Below, piece by piece: positions 31,237-46,480 of a stretch of 64,000 nt of DNA; position 1 is the stretch's first letter, and each line of letters opens with the position of its first letter. The DNA is from Piromyces finnis finn. Its lineage: Eukaryota; Fungi; Neocallimastigomycota. The position numbers were made by a program, and so were the translations under genes. The stretch covers positions 1 through 64,000 of the forward strand of contig MCFH01000006.1 in the NCBI GenBank assembly GCA_002104945.1, written 5' to 3'. Under the pieces are notes generated by a model. The model was not told where the DNA came from. It made no database searches and worked only from the letters and a program-made list of their open reading frames with translations.

Positions 31237-31539
31237 TTTATATAAATAATATAAATATATATTTTTATTTTCTTTATTTTTATTATTATATTGTATTTAT
31301 TTCAAAATGATAAGTATGCACTAAATTATTTTAGTTTATTTTATATTATTATTTTCATAATTAATTTTTTTTTTTTTTTTTAACCTTTAAACTATCCCTC
31401 TTATGAAATTTTTTAATATATAAAATAAAATTAATTATGAAATTTTATTAAAATTTAATAAACTATTTTAATCAACTTTTTTTTTTTTTTTTTTTTTTCA
31501 TTATTTAAAAAAAAAAATAAAAAAAAAAAAAAACACAAA

Positions 31540-33488
31540 ATGATGAAAAAAGTGAATAAGCTTCTGGGTAAATTAAGAATATTAAATTTGACATTTATTT
31601 TCTTATTAACCATTGTTTATTAATATTTTTAATAATCATTTTTATAATAATAAAAATTTTAACTCATTTCTCTTTATATATTATATTATTATTTCTATAA
31701 TTATGATTATAAAAAAATATATAAATAGGCAAACAAAAGCCTGAAGAATTGGTAATTTAGGGAACATATGCATATATACAATTTATTATTCATTTTTTTT
31801 ATTCCTAGTTGGTTTTATTGCTGTTTCATTTATTTAATGAAACATAATCAAATTAACAATTGTTTATAATTCTAATTCAATAAAATGGACATTAACATTA
31901 CAATTTAATTTATTATATTAAATTAATTTGATAATACCAATTGTTGGAATGAAATGAATATGCTATTATACTTTATATATCTAGCTACAATATTTTTTCA
32001 ACTTATTATTTTTTTATTTAACCCAAATAAATAATTCAAATCAAAATTATATCATACATTTTATAATTTTTCATTTTTTTCCACTATAAAAAATAGTATC
32101 ACACTAAAAATGATAATAAAAATAAAAATAAATACATTCAATAACAACGAAATTTAAATATATATATATAAACAAATTGTTGTTTTGTTTCCCAATAAAT
32201 TGATATAAAAACAGCAAATTTCAAAATCAGTTGTAATTTTTTATAAATACATACCATAAAAGAATTTTATAATTATTAAAAAAGAAAAACTATAAAATGG
32301 AATAATAATAATAATAATTACGCCAAAGTTACAATAAACTCAATAACTAGAAATATTAAAATATTAATGTATATTACATTTATTAAATTTCAATTTTATG
32401 TAATTAAAAAATTTAATATTTCTTATTATTCCTTTTATTATTATTATTATTATTTTTATTTTAATTCATTAGAAATAATATATAATAGATGTACTTATAA
32501 ATAATATTTTTATAATGATTTTTAATAATTGATTTTTTCGTATATGTATATATATATATATATTAATACTTTTATATATAATAGGTTCGAAAATGGAGAA
32601 GAGAATTTAGAACTCAAGAACGTCAAATTGACCGACAAATTAATAGTATTACTATGGAAGAAAACAAAATTAAAGCTAGTTTAAAACAAGCTTCTAAAAG
32701 AGGTGATAAAAAAATATGTACTGCTTTAGCCAAAGAAATTATACATTCAAGAAATGCTAAGAACAAACTTTATGAAACAAAAGCTCAAATTAATTCAATT
32801 CTTATGAGTTTACAACAGCAACTTTGTAAGTTTTTAGTATATTTTTAATTATTAATATATATATCAAAATAAATAATTGATTAATTAATGCTTATTTTCA
32901 TTTATTGATATACAAAAGCAACTATTAAAATTACTGGTGCATTAAAGGATACCACTGCTATTATGCAAAGTATGAATGCACTTGTTAAAGTCCCAGAAAT
33001 TTCAAAAACTATGCAAGAATTTTCAAGTGAAATGACCAAGGTAATGATTTTTACTTTTTTTTATTTATTTAAATAAAAATATTATTAAATAATAAATACT
33101 TTAATTTAAATAATAAAAAAAAAAAAAAGGCTGGTATTATTGAAGAAATGATTTCAGATACCCTTGAAATGAATGATGAAGAAGGTATTGAGGAAGAAGC
33201 TGAAGAAGAAGTTGAAAAGGTCTTATTTGAACTTACTAATGGTAAGAAAGAAGGGAGAAACATTTTTATTTTATTTTATTTTATTTTATTATTACAATAT
33301 AAAATTTATTAAAATATCAATAATAAAACAGTACTTTTTCATTAAATTATTTATTGCTAATAATCTACTACTTTTATTAAAAAAATATAGGCTTATTGGG
33401 TGAAGGTGGTATTGTTGGTGAAAGTCTTGCTTCTCCTGTTGCAGAAGAGGAACCATTAGAAGAAAGATTAAAAGCATTACAATCCTAA
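31540..33488 (+). CDS. VPS24: ESCRT-III subunit Vps24/CHMP3 (Snf7 family), multi-exon
   Basis: Spliced by eye: MMKKVNKLLG|KQKPEEL|VRKWRREFRTQERQIDRQI...LAKEII...KAQINSILMSLQQQL|ATIKITGAL...EMTK|AGIIEEMISD...EERLKALQS. Confidence 0.9.
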
Positions 33489-34109
33489 ATTGCCAATTAA
33501 AAAAAAATAGAGATATTATCGTTAAAATAAAAAAAAAAAAATAAAATAAATAAAATTAAATTAATCTTGTGATTAATACCATATATAAATAAAGAAATTA
33601 ATATAATTAATAAAATTATTCATAAGATTAATATTAAATTTCAAAAAAAAAAAAAAAAAACTAATAATAAAAAATAATAATAAATAATAATAAATAAAAA
33701 ATAAAAAAGAAATAATAAATAAATATATTGTAATAAACTAATAATAAATAATAATAAACCAATACTTAAAAAATGTATATATATATTAGTCATATTTTTT
33801 CACACAAAATTCATTAATAATTTTAAATTTTATGTGACAGAATATTTAATATTTATTCCATCAACCATTTTAAAAAGTTTATTATAAAAAAAGAAATCAT
33901 ATTATTTATATTAGTTATAATATAAATCAATTTCTATATTTTATATATTAATAGATTATTTTCTTTTAAAAAATTAAAAAAAAAAAAAAAAGTGTTAAGT
34001 TTGTATATCTATTTTTATTCAACTATTAAAAAATATGTATTGTGCATTATTGGTAATGGTATAATTATTAATAATACATTTAATAATAAGTAAATTATTT
34101 TTTTAGTTG

Positions 34110-34163
<54 letters not shown>

Positions 34164-34734
34164 GATTAGTTTGGCTACAAAATATTAAATATAGTATATA
34201 TAATGAATATGTATTTATGTTATCTTAATAAAATAGTTAAATAAATATATAAAAAAAAAGTTAGTTATATATAAGTACGATATAATTACTTTTAAATAAT
34301 CATTTTAAATAAAAAAAAAATTAAACATTTTTAACAGTCATTTTTATAATATTCTATTCTCTATTATAGTTTATTCATTATTATATAATACATTTTATAA
34401 ATATAAATGCTTTTTTGTTTTGTTTTCTTTAGAATTCTTTCTAGCTTTGAAATTCGAATTTATATAAAAAAAAAAATACTATATTTCAATTTAAAATTTA
34501 AAATATCATTATATCATATCTAAAACTAAACAAACAGGTATTATTAGTAGTGGAAGTGGTGTTTTCTTGACACTTTTATTAATATAAAATATTTGAAAAG
34601 TAATATTTCTCTAATACCATACTCGATTAATTAGTAGAGTATATTCTATATATATAAAGGTAATTTTTAATTTTTTCTTATTCACTATGTATAGAATAGT
34701 TATATATTATATAGAAAACTTACTAATTATTGTT

Positions 34735-35150
<416 letters not shown>

Positions 35151-38136
35151 ATGAAGTTCAATAATATAAATATATATAACTGTTTTTGATATTATTTTCA
35201 AGTAATTTCTCCTTTTTTAATTTATTTTTTTGGTAAATAAAACGTGGAAAAATTTTTTACTTTTTTACCTTTTAAAAAATAAACTTTTAAAAATATATTA
35301 TTATACATATACTAATATATTATTAAATTGAATTTATACAATATAAAAAACCTTTTAAACTTTTTTTATAAAGACATCCTAATTAAAAAAAAAAAAAAAA
35401 CATTAATTTTATTATATATCTCCACCATATATTAATAAAAATAACCAGAAATTTTCTTGTATTTAATTTTATATATATTACAAGTAAAATAAAATATAAA
35501 ATAATTTAAATTATAATATATATTTAAAAATAGAAACAATATTATTATTGTAGTTGTAGTTGTAATTGGTGTATGGTAAACATCATTGACAGATTGGATA
35601 AAGATTCCCTTTTTTAAAAAAAACTAAGTAAAAATCAATAGATATAAAAGAGACTATATTAACTATATAATGAAATAATAAATAATCATTCAAAAAATCT
35701 GTTATTAATGAGAATTTATATGAAAAAATAAATATTGAAAATATATAATAAAAATATAAATATAAATATAAATATTAATAATAGTTTAATAGGTGATTAT
35801 AATTATATATATTTATAAAAACTAATTAAAAAGTTATAATTTTTATTAGTAAATATTAATATAAAACAGAAATAATAATGCAAAGGTGTTGAAGTACTGA
35901 AAATCATGTTTAGCTACTAACTATTATTATTGTAAGAAATATAAATTATAAATAAACTTTCTTTATAATTCTATTAAAATTAAAATATTAAATATTAATA
36001 GTACCCTTTATTAATAAGTACTATTAGTATTAAAAATTGAATATTATAAAAATATATATATATATAAAAAAGATATAACATTAATATTCTTATAATATAA
36101 AAGACCTAATAATAATTAAGATTTTTAAATGTTTTGTATTTTCATTATATAAAACATATGTATACATTAATTATAGAGAAACTTTCATATAATCATTGTT
36201 CTATTTTAACTTCATATTTTTTATTTAATATTATTACAATAATCATATTAATTATAATATAATATAAAAAGTATATGTTTTTTTTTTTTTTTTTATAAAA
36301 TATCACAATAGGCATACATTTAAAAAATAAAATAGTATGATATGTATAATTTGCATAAATATTAGTTCATATATTTCATATATAAGATTGCTGCTTTCTT
36401 TTTTTTTTAGTAAAATAAAATAATGAAAAAATGATTTTTAATAAGTTCTAATGGTAATAAATAAAATCGTTCCTTTATTAAAAAAAGCTAACACTATTAA
36501 ATACTTTTTTTTTGATTTTTATTATATTTTATTAAAATAAATACAAATTATTTATAAGGAACGAATAAAATTCTCAATAATGAAATCAATATTCAAGAAC
36601 AAGTAGTACATGAATACATGAGTTCTAGAAGACTAAGTATCATCAACTATTATTTAAGAAGCCTTTTTCCCCACTTTATTTTTTCATAATAAGTTAAGGA
36701 TTAGAATAATTAATATTTAACATTATAATCTAACCTACACAATCGATTTTTTACTTTATTTGTTATATAATATAAAATTTATTGATTTATATTTTTAACT
36801 TATGAATTAAATAGAAAAAATAAAACGGTCATTTAATATATTTGCATTATAAACAATATATTATATAAATATATTAGAATATATATATATATTCAAATTA
36901 GTTAAATTAATCAATTATAAATATATTTTTTATTTCCATAAATATCCTTTAAAAATGAAAACCATAAAAACAATTAGCCATTTAACTGCCTTTTTTTTTT
37001 TTAATGTATTAGCTATTTAAAGAAAAAGAATATTATTTCTTATATTTTATAGAATGCAATATCTATTTTTTTTGTTTTTTTTTGAATATTTGCTATGAAT
37101 ATTAATATGGAAAATAATTTCTTTACCACAATCTAATTTAATTAAAACCTATTTTTGTTTAAAAGTAAAGTCCATTTATTATTATATATTATTTATCTTT
37201 TATTCATTTATGCATATGTTTAATAAAAGAAAACTTTTAAAAATGGTTAAATCAATTTTTATACTTTTTCAATGTAAATCATTTAATATATTAAAGAGTC
37301 ATTATTTAATAAAATATTCTTGATAATATATATTTCTATATTATTGCTTTTAATTATTGTATATATTTAAAGTATAAAGATTGGCTATATTATTTATATA
37401 AGAAATCAAATGAAATATCAATATATTATAAGTGAACTATAAATATATCATTATATATGATTAATTCAATTAAAGTTTAATTAGAAGCATGTTTTTTTTT
37501 TATAAAGGATGTTTCAGGTGGTGGGAAAAATTATAATGAAGTAGTATGGAATATTATTATTATTATTATTATTAATGTTTGAATTATTACTTAAAAGTAG
37601 TATTTATAAGAAACGCTATGAATATTAATTCTAGTGTTTTTTTTTAAATATTCTTATTAATAGACATATTAGAAAAATGTTTAAAACTTTTATTTTTAAA
37701 AAACAAATAGGAATAGAATTATGGAATTAATTTTTAATAATTTTTTTATAATGTATAATACAATGTAATAATATATTATCTTCTATTGTACAATATAAAA
37801 TTTTATATTTAATTTAAATATACTAGTAGATTAAATAAATTTAATATATATAAATTTTAAAAGAACGTTTTAACTCTTACAAAAGTGTATTAAATTTGTA
37901 CAATTTACAAAAAAGTAAATGTAATAAAATTTATACTTTATATAATTAAAAAATTGCTATTCTGCTAGATTTGTTGTGCTGATGGTGGTGGGTGGTGGTG
38001 GTGGTAAATATTAAAAATTTATAACTTACAGTAATAGCCTGTTTATAATATTATATTTTATTATTAATATGTTTATAATATTATAATATATATAAGCATA
38101 AATTTATTTGTATTCCATTAATACATAATATATTTT

Positions 38137-38219
38137 TTTCTTTGATTGCTTTCTACAATATATATTTATATTTATTTCTTTGATTACTTTCTATAATATA
38201 TATTTATATTTATTTCTTT
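38137..38219. repeat. 38-bp tandem repeat, about 2.2 copies
   Basis: tttctttgatt(g/a)ctttcta(c/t)aatatatatttatattta at 38137 and 38175, with a partial third copy. Confidence 0.8.
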
Positions 38220-40345
38220 TATATTAAAACTAAAAGGTGTAACAGAATTTCTTTCTTCTTCCATACTTTTAATTAAACATACTTAGAATGAATATATTAC
38301 ATTGTATTTAAAATAGTTATTTATATAAAGAAAATTGTTTTATTATTATTTTACTTTTTTTTTAATATAATAATATATTGTTTATAATCAATGTAAAATG
38401 AATATATTATGTTATTTAATGGTTTATATAATAATAATAATGCATACTCAAATTTATTGTGTTATTTTTCCCTATAAATTGATATATAATTATTATACTT
38501 ACTTATAATTTATGGTTTCAGATAAAGATAAATTTACTGTTATTACTAATTTTTTTTTGGTAAATATATTATATATAATAGAATTTATATATTATTTAAT
38601 AAAAAATTTATTGGATAAAAATAATTATATTTATTTTTAATTAGAAAAGAATTTTGGTGAATTATTAGGCATTTTCCTGCTACTCAACCGATACTTGAAG
38701 CTTAATAATGTAAATAAGAGATATGATTTTTAATCTAGATTATTAATAATGAACTTTTCTTTTTCTATTTTTTATTTATAATTTTTTTTTTTTTTACTTT
38801 TTTCTATTTAATATATTTGTAGAGTTTTATGTTGTTGTTGATAATTTTTGCGCGTAAACTTTATAAAAAAGGCATAATTAAATTATTGTAATATATCAAT
38901 AATGAAAAAAGGATACACTTTTTAAGCTTTAATAATTTAATACAATAATAGCAATAATATACTGTCATATTTAATATATGATATATGTATAAAGAATATA
39001 TTATACTATTACTTTTACCAAATAATTCCTTCAGTCCCTAATTAATAAATTTATAATTAAAATTTTATAATTTTATATTTATCATAGTTATTTATATATA
39101 ATAAACAATCAATTTTAATATATATAAATATATCATTTTCAAATTATTAAATAATAAGATTTACTGTATTTAAACAAAAGAATAAAATAAAATTACAAAA
39201 AAAAAAAAAAAAACAACAACTTATTATTATAGATATTTTTTTTTTTTTTTTTTTTTTAATAATAATAAATAATGTTAATATATTTATTTTTATTGTACTT
39301 TTCTTAGTTAAAATGATTAAAAAAACAACAACAGGAAATTTTGACAAAACCACATCCTCAACTTGGATGAAAATGCATTTAATCCTTATATTATCTTAGT
39401 GACAGCAAATATTTTTTTTTTTTGTATACTATTAATCTTATTATAGGTATAATGATTTTGCTATTATCTTATGACCATTTTTTTTTTGTTTTTATGCTAA
39501 ATCTATTAATAATATATAGATAAGTTTTACATAATTTCTAAAAGAAGAATTTTGATTTATCAAGTCATTGGTAGTTTTACTACTTTTTTTTTTAAGAAAA
39601 AGTGTTACAAATTGTTTTAAACTAATTTATAATATACTATTTATTAGTTTTTTTTTTTCTTTTGTTTCATTTTTCTTTTGAATAATCATAATAAAATAAA
39701 TAATATGTATTTGTATTGAGATATGTTATTATTATAAAAAAGTATATCACAATAGTATATTTAAATATATATATATATATATATTTTTTGGTAAATTTAT
39801 AGCACATATTTAATATTTAACATCTCCATATTACTTATAATAAAAAAATCTCCAAAAATAGTAATTTTCAAAATATTAGAGTTTATATATGGAATAGTAA
39901 AATAATAAAAAATAACAATATATAATGTAGAACATATAAATATATGAATACATAAATATAACATATAAAACCAAAGTATTAACTATAAAATAAATACGCA
40001 ATACAATAATATAATACCAATATAATTATATTTAAATATTATATTGATTAAAAAAAATATATATAATTTACAGTTTACTTATTATAATAATTATTTTTTT
40101 GTCGTACATAGAAATATTGACTATTTACATAAATTTATGTAATAAATGAATCATATACTTAGAATATAATCTAATTTATCAATATTAATTCGAGTCTAGA
40201 CTTTAAAAACTTTAAAATGTCTTTATAAGGTAATATATATATAATATATTGTAAAATAAAATTTTTAATTACATTTTTTAGCATATATTAAAGTATATTG
40301 CAATATTAGATATACTCTAGACCTAAAATAATTAATGTGTAGCCA

Positions 40346-40376
<31 letters not shown>

Positions 40377-42074
40377 CAATTAATCATATATTTATTACAG
40401 TATAAAATGCCTTTTTTTTTCAATATATTCGTTTAAACTTTTTACAATTTAATATATTTATTACTTTTTTTACTATTGTTCTTATATGAATTTCAATTGA
40501 AATATGTACTTATCATATATTTAATATATGTATATAATAAATTATGACTAAATACATTTTATTTAAATACAATATAATATATAGTATTAAATTTTAATAT
40601 TATATCACTCATATATTAACCTTATTTGGTAATAATTTATAGTAAATTTTTGATATATGTATTATATATTATAATAAATAAAAATTATGTTGTCCCTTTA
40701 AAATTTTATATAGCTTAGTTAAACTTTTTATAATGGACAACATAATTCTTAATATTTCGTATTATCAATATATTTATATTAAATAATATAAATAAGTATA
40801 ATCATAATATATATTATACTTATATTTTTATATATAATAATATAATATAATAATAAATAAAATTATAATATAATAACTCAATAAAATATTAACAATATGA
40901 CAATATATTATATTATTTTTTTCAATTGAATATAATATACTATCATCTGAATAAATATAACCAATATATTGAATTGAATAGGAGAGTTCAACTCTATGAT
41001 TTTATTTATATATGAATTCATTATCAAATTAAATTAACACATTACACTTTATTTAATTATATAGCTTTTATATATGTATTTTATATCAAATTATATAAAA
41101 ATATTATACTTTACTAATATATTCACATATATTAAGCTTTATTAGATCTATATCAATATATTATATTATAATCCTTCTATTTTATTTTCTATTGACAAAA
41201 CTATTCCATTCGCAATATATTTAAATACTGCAATATATCACTCGTTTTTAATTTCTTTTTTTCTTTTTTTCTCAATAGATTTTTTTTATTTTATTATATA
41301 TTTATATATTATATATAATTTTGTTTAATACTAAAAGAATATATATAGTATATAAAATCTTTTATAGTAAAATAATTATACAAAATATACTATTTTTTAT
41401 TATTAAAAAATAATATATTAATTAATTATAGTTTATTAATTTTTTTTAAAGCAATAATTATCATTGTGAAACTGTTATAAAGAAAGTGAAGCTTTCTTTT
41501 ATAAAAGTTAATATTTTCTCTGTCCTGTATTGAAAAGAAAATATTATAATGTAAATATCTCGTAGAAATGAATAAATATATTTATAAACTATCTTTATAA
41601 TAATAATATAAAAGTAGCAAATAATATATAGTCGATAGAAAAAAAAAAAAAAAACTATATAGTAGTGTATGGATTAACAACTAATTATATAATTGATATA
41701 AAAGTAATAATATAACAAATAGAATAAATAATAAAAATAGAATAATACTTATATTTTGATAAGAATAACAATAAAGAATAATATGTAATTATATAATTAT
41801 ATTGTTGATGGAAAAGTGAATAATGAAATAGAGTAAGATATTTTAATTACTAGCTTTCCAGTGACAAAAAAAAAAAGTTATTATTATATATATAAAATTA
41901 ACAACATATTTTGAATCTATTATATTAATATATATATTTTTATATTATATATTGTATATAGTTTATTCTTTTGTAAAAAGAATAAAAAGATTAGGCAATA
42001 GAAATAAAATAATATTATATTATATCTTATGAATATTTGAAAATTAATTTAATATCCAGTAATAAATAGAAAAA

Positions 42075-43835
42075 ATGTTCCATTATAATCCTAGAATGTT
42101 GCAACAGCAACAAGTTCAATTCCAAGCTCAATCCCAACAAAGACAAGTTCAACAACATACTAATAGACAAAGAGCTCGCCAAGCGCAGCAAGGAAATAAG
42201 TTATCTGAAATAACTTCACAACCATTTGATATTTATAGTGTTCAAGATCCAGCATTTATGGTTGATAACACTGCTGTTCAACATCCAGAACAAGTATATT
42301 CCCAACAACAACAACAACAACAACTTCAATCATTATCAGACCGTTCTACTCAAAGAGAACAACCACAATTTTCACAAGCACCACCACATCACACTCTTCA
42401 AACTTTACAACCAGAAACTTCACGCCCGGGTACACAATCTGGTTTTGAAAGTTCCAATCATATGATGGAATATGTAGAAGCCGATCAAGCTAAAGCTCTT
42501 AATACCAATAATCAAGCCCGCTGGAGTAATCAACAATTTGTCGGTCTTCATACTGACCTTCAAAAGCCACTTCAAGGAAATTTAGCTCTTGAAACTGAAG
42601 AAGATGCTTTATCTGCAAGTAATTCTACACCAAATAACGGATCACCCACACCAAAAGTAAAACGTCCAATGAATGCTTTCCTTATTTTCTCAGTAAAGAG
42701 AAGAAGAGAACTCTCATCTCAAAATCCAACTTTAGCTACTTCTGAAATTAGTACTATTTTGGGTGATGAATGGGCTAAAATGGATGCTGTAAGTTTATAT
42801 TTTTATGTTTAAATTTAATTTTTTTAAATACAAAATTTAATATAATATAGAATTATCAATATAAATAATATATTATGAATATAAACTAATACCTATTATA
42901 TAATACAATATAATATATAGGATTTAAAAAATAATTTCATTCTTCAAGCTCAAATGTTAAAAAATAACTTTGATCGTGAACATCCAGATTATGTTTATAC
43001 TCGTCGTCCAAATTACACTAGAAAGAAGAGAAGATTTAGTAACAGACCAGTACAAGATGATTCTCCATCAAGTTCTGGACATTCTATGAGCTCTCCAAGT
43101 ATGTACTATCCATACGGTCCATACACTTTCCCACCAGTTCCATTTGGTTATCAAACTGTTCCAATTAAACAACCACCAAATGCATACCTTCTTTTTAACC
43201 GTTCAACTCGTCCAAAGATTAAGAATGAACATCCAGATATATCAGTATCTGAAGTCAGTAAGCGTGTTGGTGAGGCTTAGAAATTCCTTCCAGAAGAAGA
43301 AAAGAATAAATTTTATGAAGAAGCAAAACGTTTACGTAAAGATTTTGATAATATCCAAAAGTTAGCGAAGGCTCAACGCGAAAGTTTCCGTGGAAAGAAG
43401 ATCAATCCAGCTAATGTTGCTTTACCACTTGCTCAATCACCACTTACTCAACAATCACCACAAGGACATTCACCAGAAGCTGCCGAAAGTGCTAACTTTG
43501 GTTATCTTGGATACCCACAATCTATAGGAATGACTCCATTCCCAATGACTCCTCTCCCAAAGAGAAGACTTCGCGCCCCAAAAGATCCAACTCAACCAAA
43601 ACATCCATCATCTGGTTTCTTATTCTTCCTTCGTGAAGTTCGTCCACAATATACTGCTAAATATCCAAAGAATTCACTTGGTCCAATAAGTAAAATGATT
43701 TCTGCTGCATGGAAGGAATTATCTGCTGAAGATAAAGCAAAATATATCCAAAAATCAGAAGAAGATAAGAAGCGTTATGCTATAGAAATGGAAATGTGGT
43801 TAGAAGCTAAGAAACAAAAAACCAGCTCAGCATAA
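42075..43835 (+). CDS. Three-HMG-box transcription/chromatin factor with Gln-rich N-terminus; one intron (42789-42920); in-frame TAG at 43278-43280
   Basis: Box 1 KVKRPMNAFLIF...HPDYVYTRR (Sox/MATA-like), box 2 IKQPPNAYLLF...VGEA*KFLPEEEKNKFYEEA, box 3 APKDPTQPKHPSSGFLFF (HMGB/Nhp6-like). The frame stays open from 43281 to 43835. Confidence 0.9.
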
Positions 43836-45307
43836 AAACCATAATTATAAAAAATATCATACATAACAAAACCTATTATCTATATTTTTTAAATTTTTAC
43901 ATTTGTAATAATACCTTTTTTTTTTACAAGTTTTCTTCATACATTCATTATTTTAATTATTATTAAAAGAAAGAAAAAGATGAAAAAATTTAAAAGAAAA
44001 TATATATATGATATTTAGATATTCTATTAGTATCAAATAGAAGAATTAGTATAAAGTGTTTTTATTCAAAACAAATCAGTATAATTTCTTTTATTAAAAA
44101 ATCTTTAATTTTTTCTTTTTATTTATAAAAAGTTATTTAGAATATATATAAATATAGAATTTTTAATATCTATTATTTTAAGCTTTATCATCAAATCATA
44201 AATATCTTTCAACATAATTTAAAGACATTTATATTATATACAAAAAATAAAAAAATATTAAAAAAAGCATTGTTTTTTCTATATTTTAAGTTAGTGTGTT
44301 TTAAGTTTTTTCTTTTTATTTCTTTTTTTTTTTATTTTATCATGCAAATCTTCCCAATATAAAGTTAAAATTTATATCTATATTTCAGTAATTATTGGTA
44401 AAAAAAAAGGATCAAGTATTTTTTTTTTTTTTACAGTTTCTATATGAAATTAGGTATGTAACTATTATAATATATATATATTTATTAATAGTTGTTTTTA
44501 TAAAGTATTTCTATTGAATTTTAAATAATTTTTTTTTTATTTCTCTTTTCATTATTTATTATTATTATATATAAGGATATAATTTATTTTCTATTTTATT
44601 TTCTATTTATTAATACTATATTTTTATCTTATAAGATAATTTATTTTAATATAAAAGTGAAATTAATTCTAGTAAAAACTTATTCTTTATTTAATTTTTC
44701 CTTTTTACTTGATTTAAAAAAATTATAATTTTTAAAATTTTTAAATTTGAATTTTTTTTTTTTTGGTATTGGTGGTGATGATCAAAGATAAACAAATTTA
44801 TTTATTTTTTTATATTTATTCTAATATACTTTGTTATATATAAGGGTTAAAAAAAGTTTTTTTTTTTATATATATATACATAGTATATATTATTGTATAT
44901 TATGTATATATATACAAGCAAATAAACAAGCAAACAAATAAACCAAAAAAAAAAAAAAAAAAAACAGAAACAAAAGGATAATTAAACTTTTAAAATTATT
45001 GGAAAAGTATAAACAGAAAATCTTTTTTTTATTTATATATATATAAAAATGTAAAAAAAAAGCTTGATTTATTATAATAAAAATATAATAGATTCAATAT
45101 ATTATTTTATGAAATAAATGAATAGAATTAATATTGATACAAAAATAATGAATAAAATTTAATATTTAAATATATATAACATATATGATGTTTTTTTATT
45201 ATTTTAAAAACAAGTATTATTTGTTATATATTATATTAATAAACAAATCAATATTGCTTTAATTCTTATTTATCATTGTATAGGATTGAATTGAAAATTA
45301 TTTTTAT

Positions 45308-45861
45308 TTATCTAATAGTATATATATAACTAATAAAAATATTAAAAACTAAAGCAATAATAATAAATGCTATTTTTTTATAAAAATCTTTTTTTAAAAA
45401 AGAATAAGCAATGCTTAGTAGTCTTATAATTAAACCTTTTTCTAATTCTTGTTTCTTAGTATTCTTATTATTTTTTTTCACTGTTTTTTTTGCGTGTATA
45501 AATATAAAACCACCATTAGGATCAGTTGAAATTCCTTTAATTTCAGTACAAATTTCTTGATTAATATTATTATCGTCGTTGCTATTGGCATTGTCGCCAT
45601 CATCATTATCTGGAAAACATTTTTCTATTACCTATTTTTTTTGTGATTAAAAATAAATATATAAATTAATGAAAAGGTATAAAGAAAAAATACTTTAACT
45701 ATAGTATACAATAATGTAATAATAAACATAATAAACATAGTAATAATAATTATCATCCATCATCATCATTTTTTATAAATAGTTACATCCAATAGATTTT
45801 CATATTTTGTTGCTACTGCTTTTTTAGGATGCCTTACGCAATTATTTTCTTTGTGAATCAT
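45308..45861 (-). CDS. Small hypothetical two-exon protein (about 132 aa) with a C-terminal hydrophobic segment
   Basis: Exon 45861-45787 (MIHKENNC...ENLLD), GTAACT...TAG intron 45786-45632, exon 45631-45308 open for 107 codons and ending IAFIIIALVFNIFISYIYTIR*. Not in the ORF track. No homologue was recognised. Confidence 0.45.
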
Positions 45862-46197
45862 TTTTATTTTCAAGTTATGAAAAAAATATATAATATTTAT
45901 ATTTTAGGAGTGAAAGAGAAATAAAAAATAAAAAAAATAAAAAATAAAAAGAGGAGATTATAAAATAGTATATATGTATATTTATTAAACGTTGTTCATT
46001 TTTTTTATATGTTAGTAAAATGGTCAGACAGAAATAAACTAATAGCCACTAGTTGATTATTAAATATTATCGTTCAGATGTTTAAATGTCTAAAATAATA
46101 TGATAGGAGAGTAGTCAAATAATATAGTATCATAGGCTATTTTTTTTATTTTTTCATCGTTCATGTGATCATGTGATGCTTATATTCTAATGTATAA

Positions 46198-46480
<283 letters not shown>

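Noticed and set aside
36601-36622. agtagtacatgaatacatga resembling the LINE leader at about 55624-55646
   Set aside because: The match is too short and isolated in AT-rich DNA to call a remnant.
42075-43835. HMG gene as a Mucorales-type sex locus (sexM/sexP)
   Set aside because: The flanking triose-phosphate transporter and RNA helicase genes are absent, and the protein has three boxes. Only box 1 is Sox/MATA-like, so a mating-type role is unsupported.
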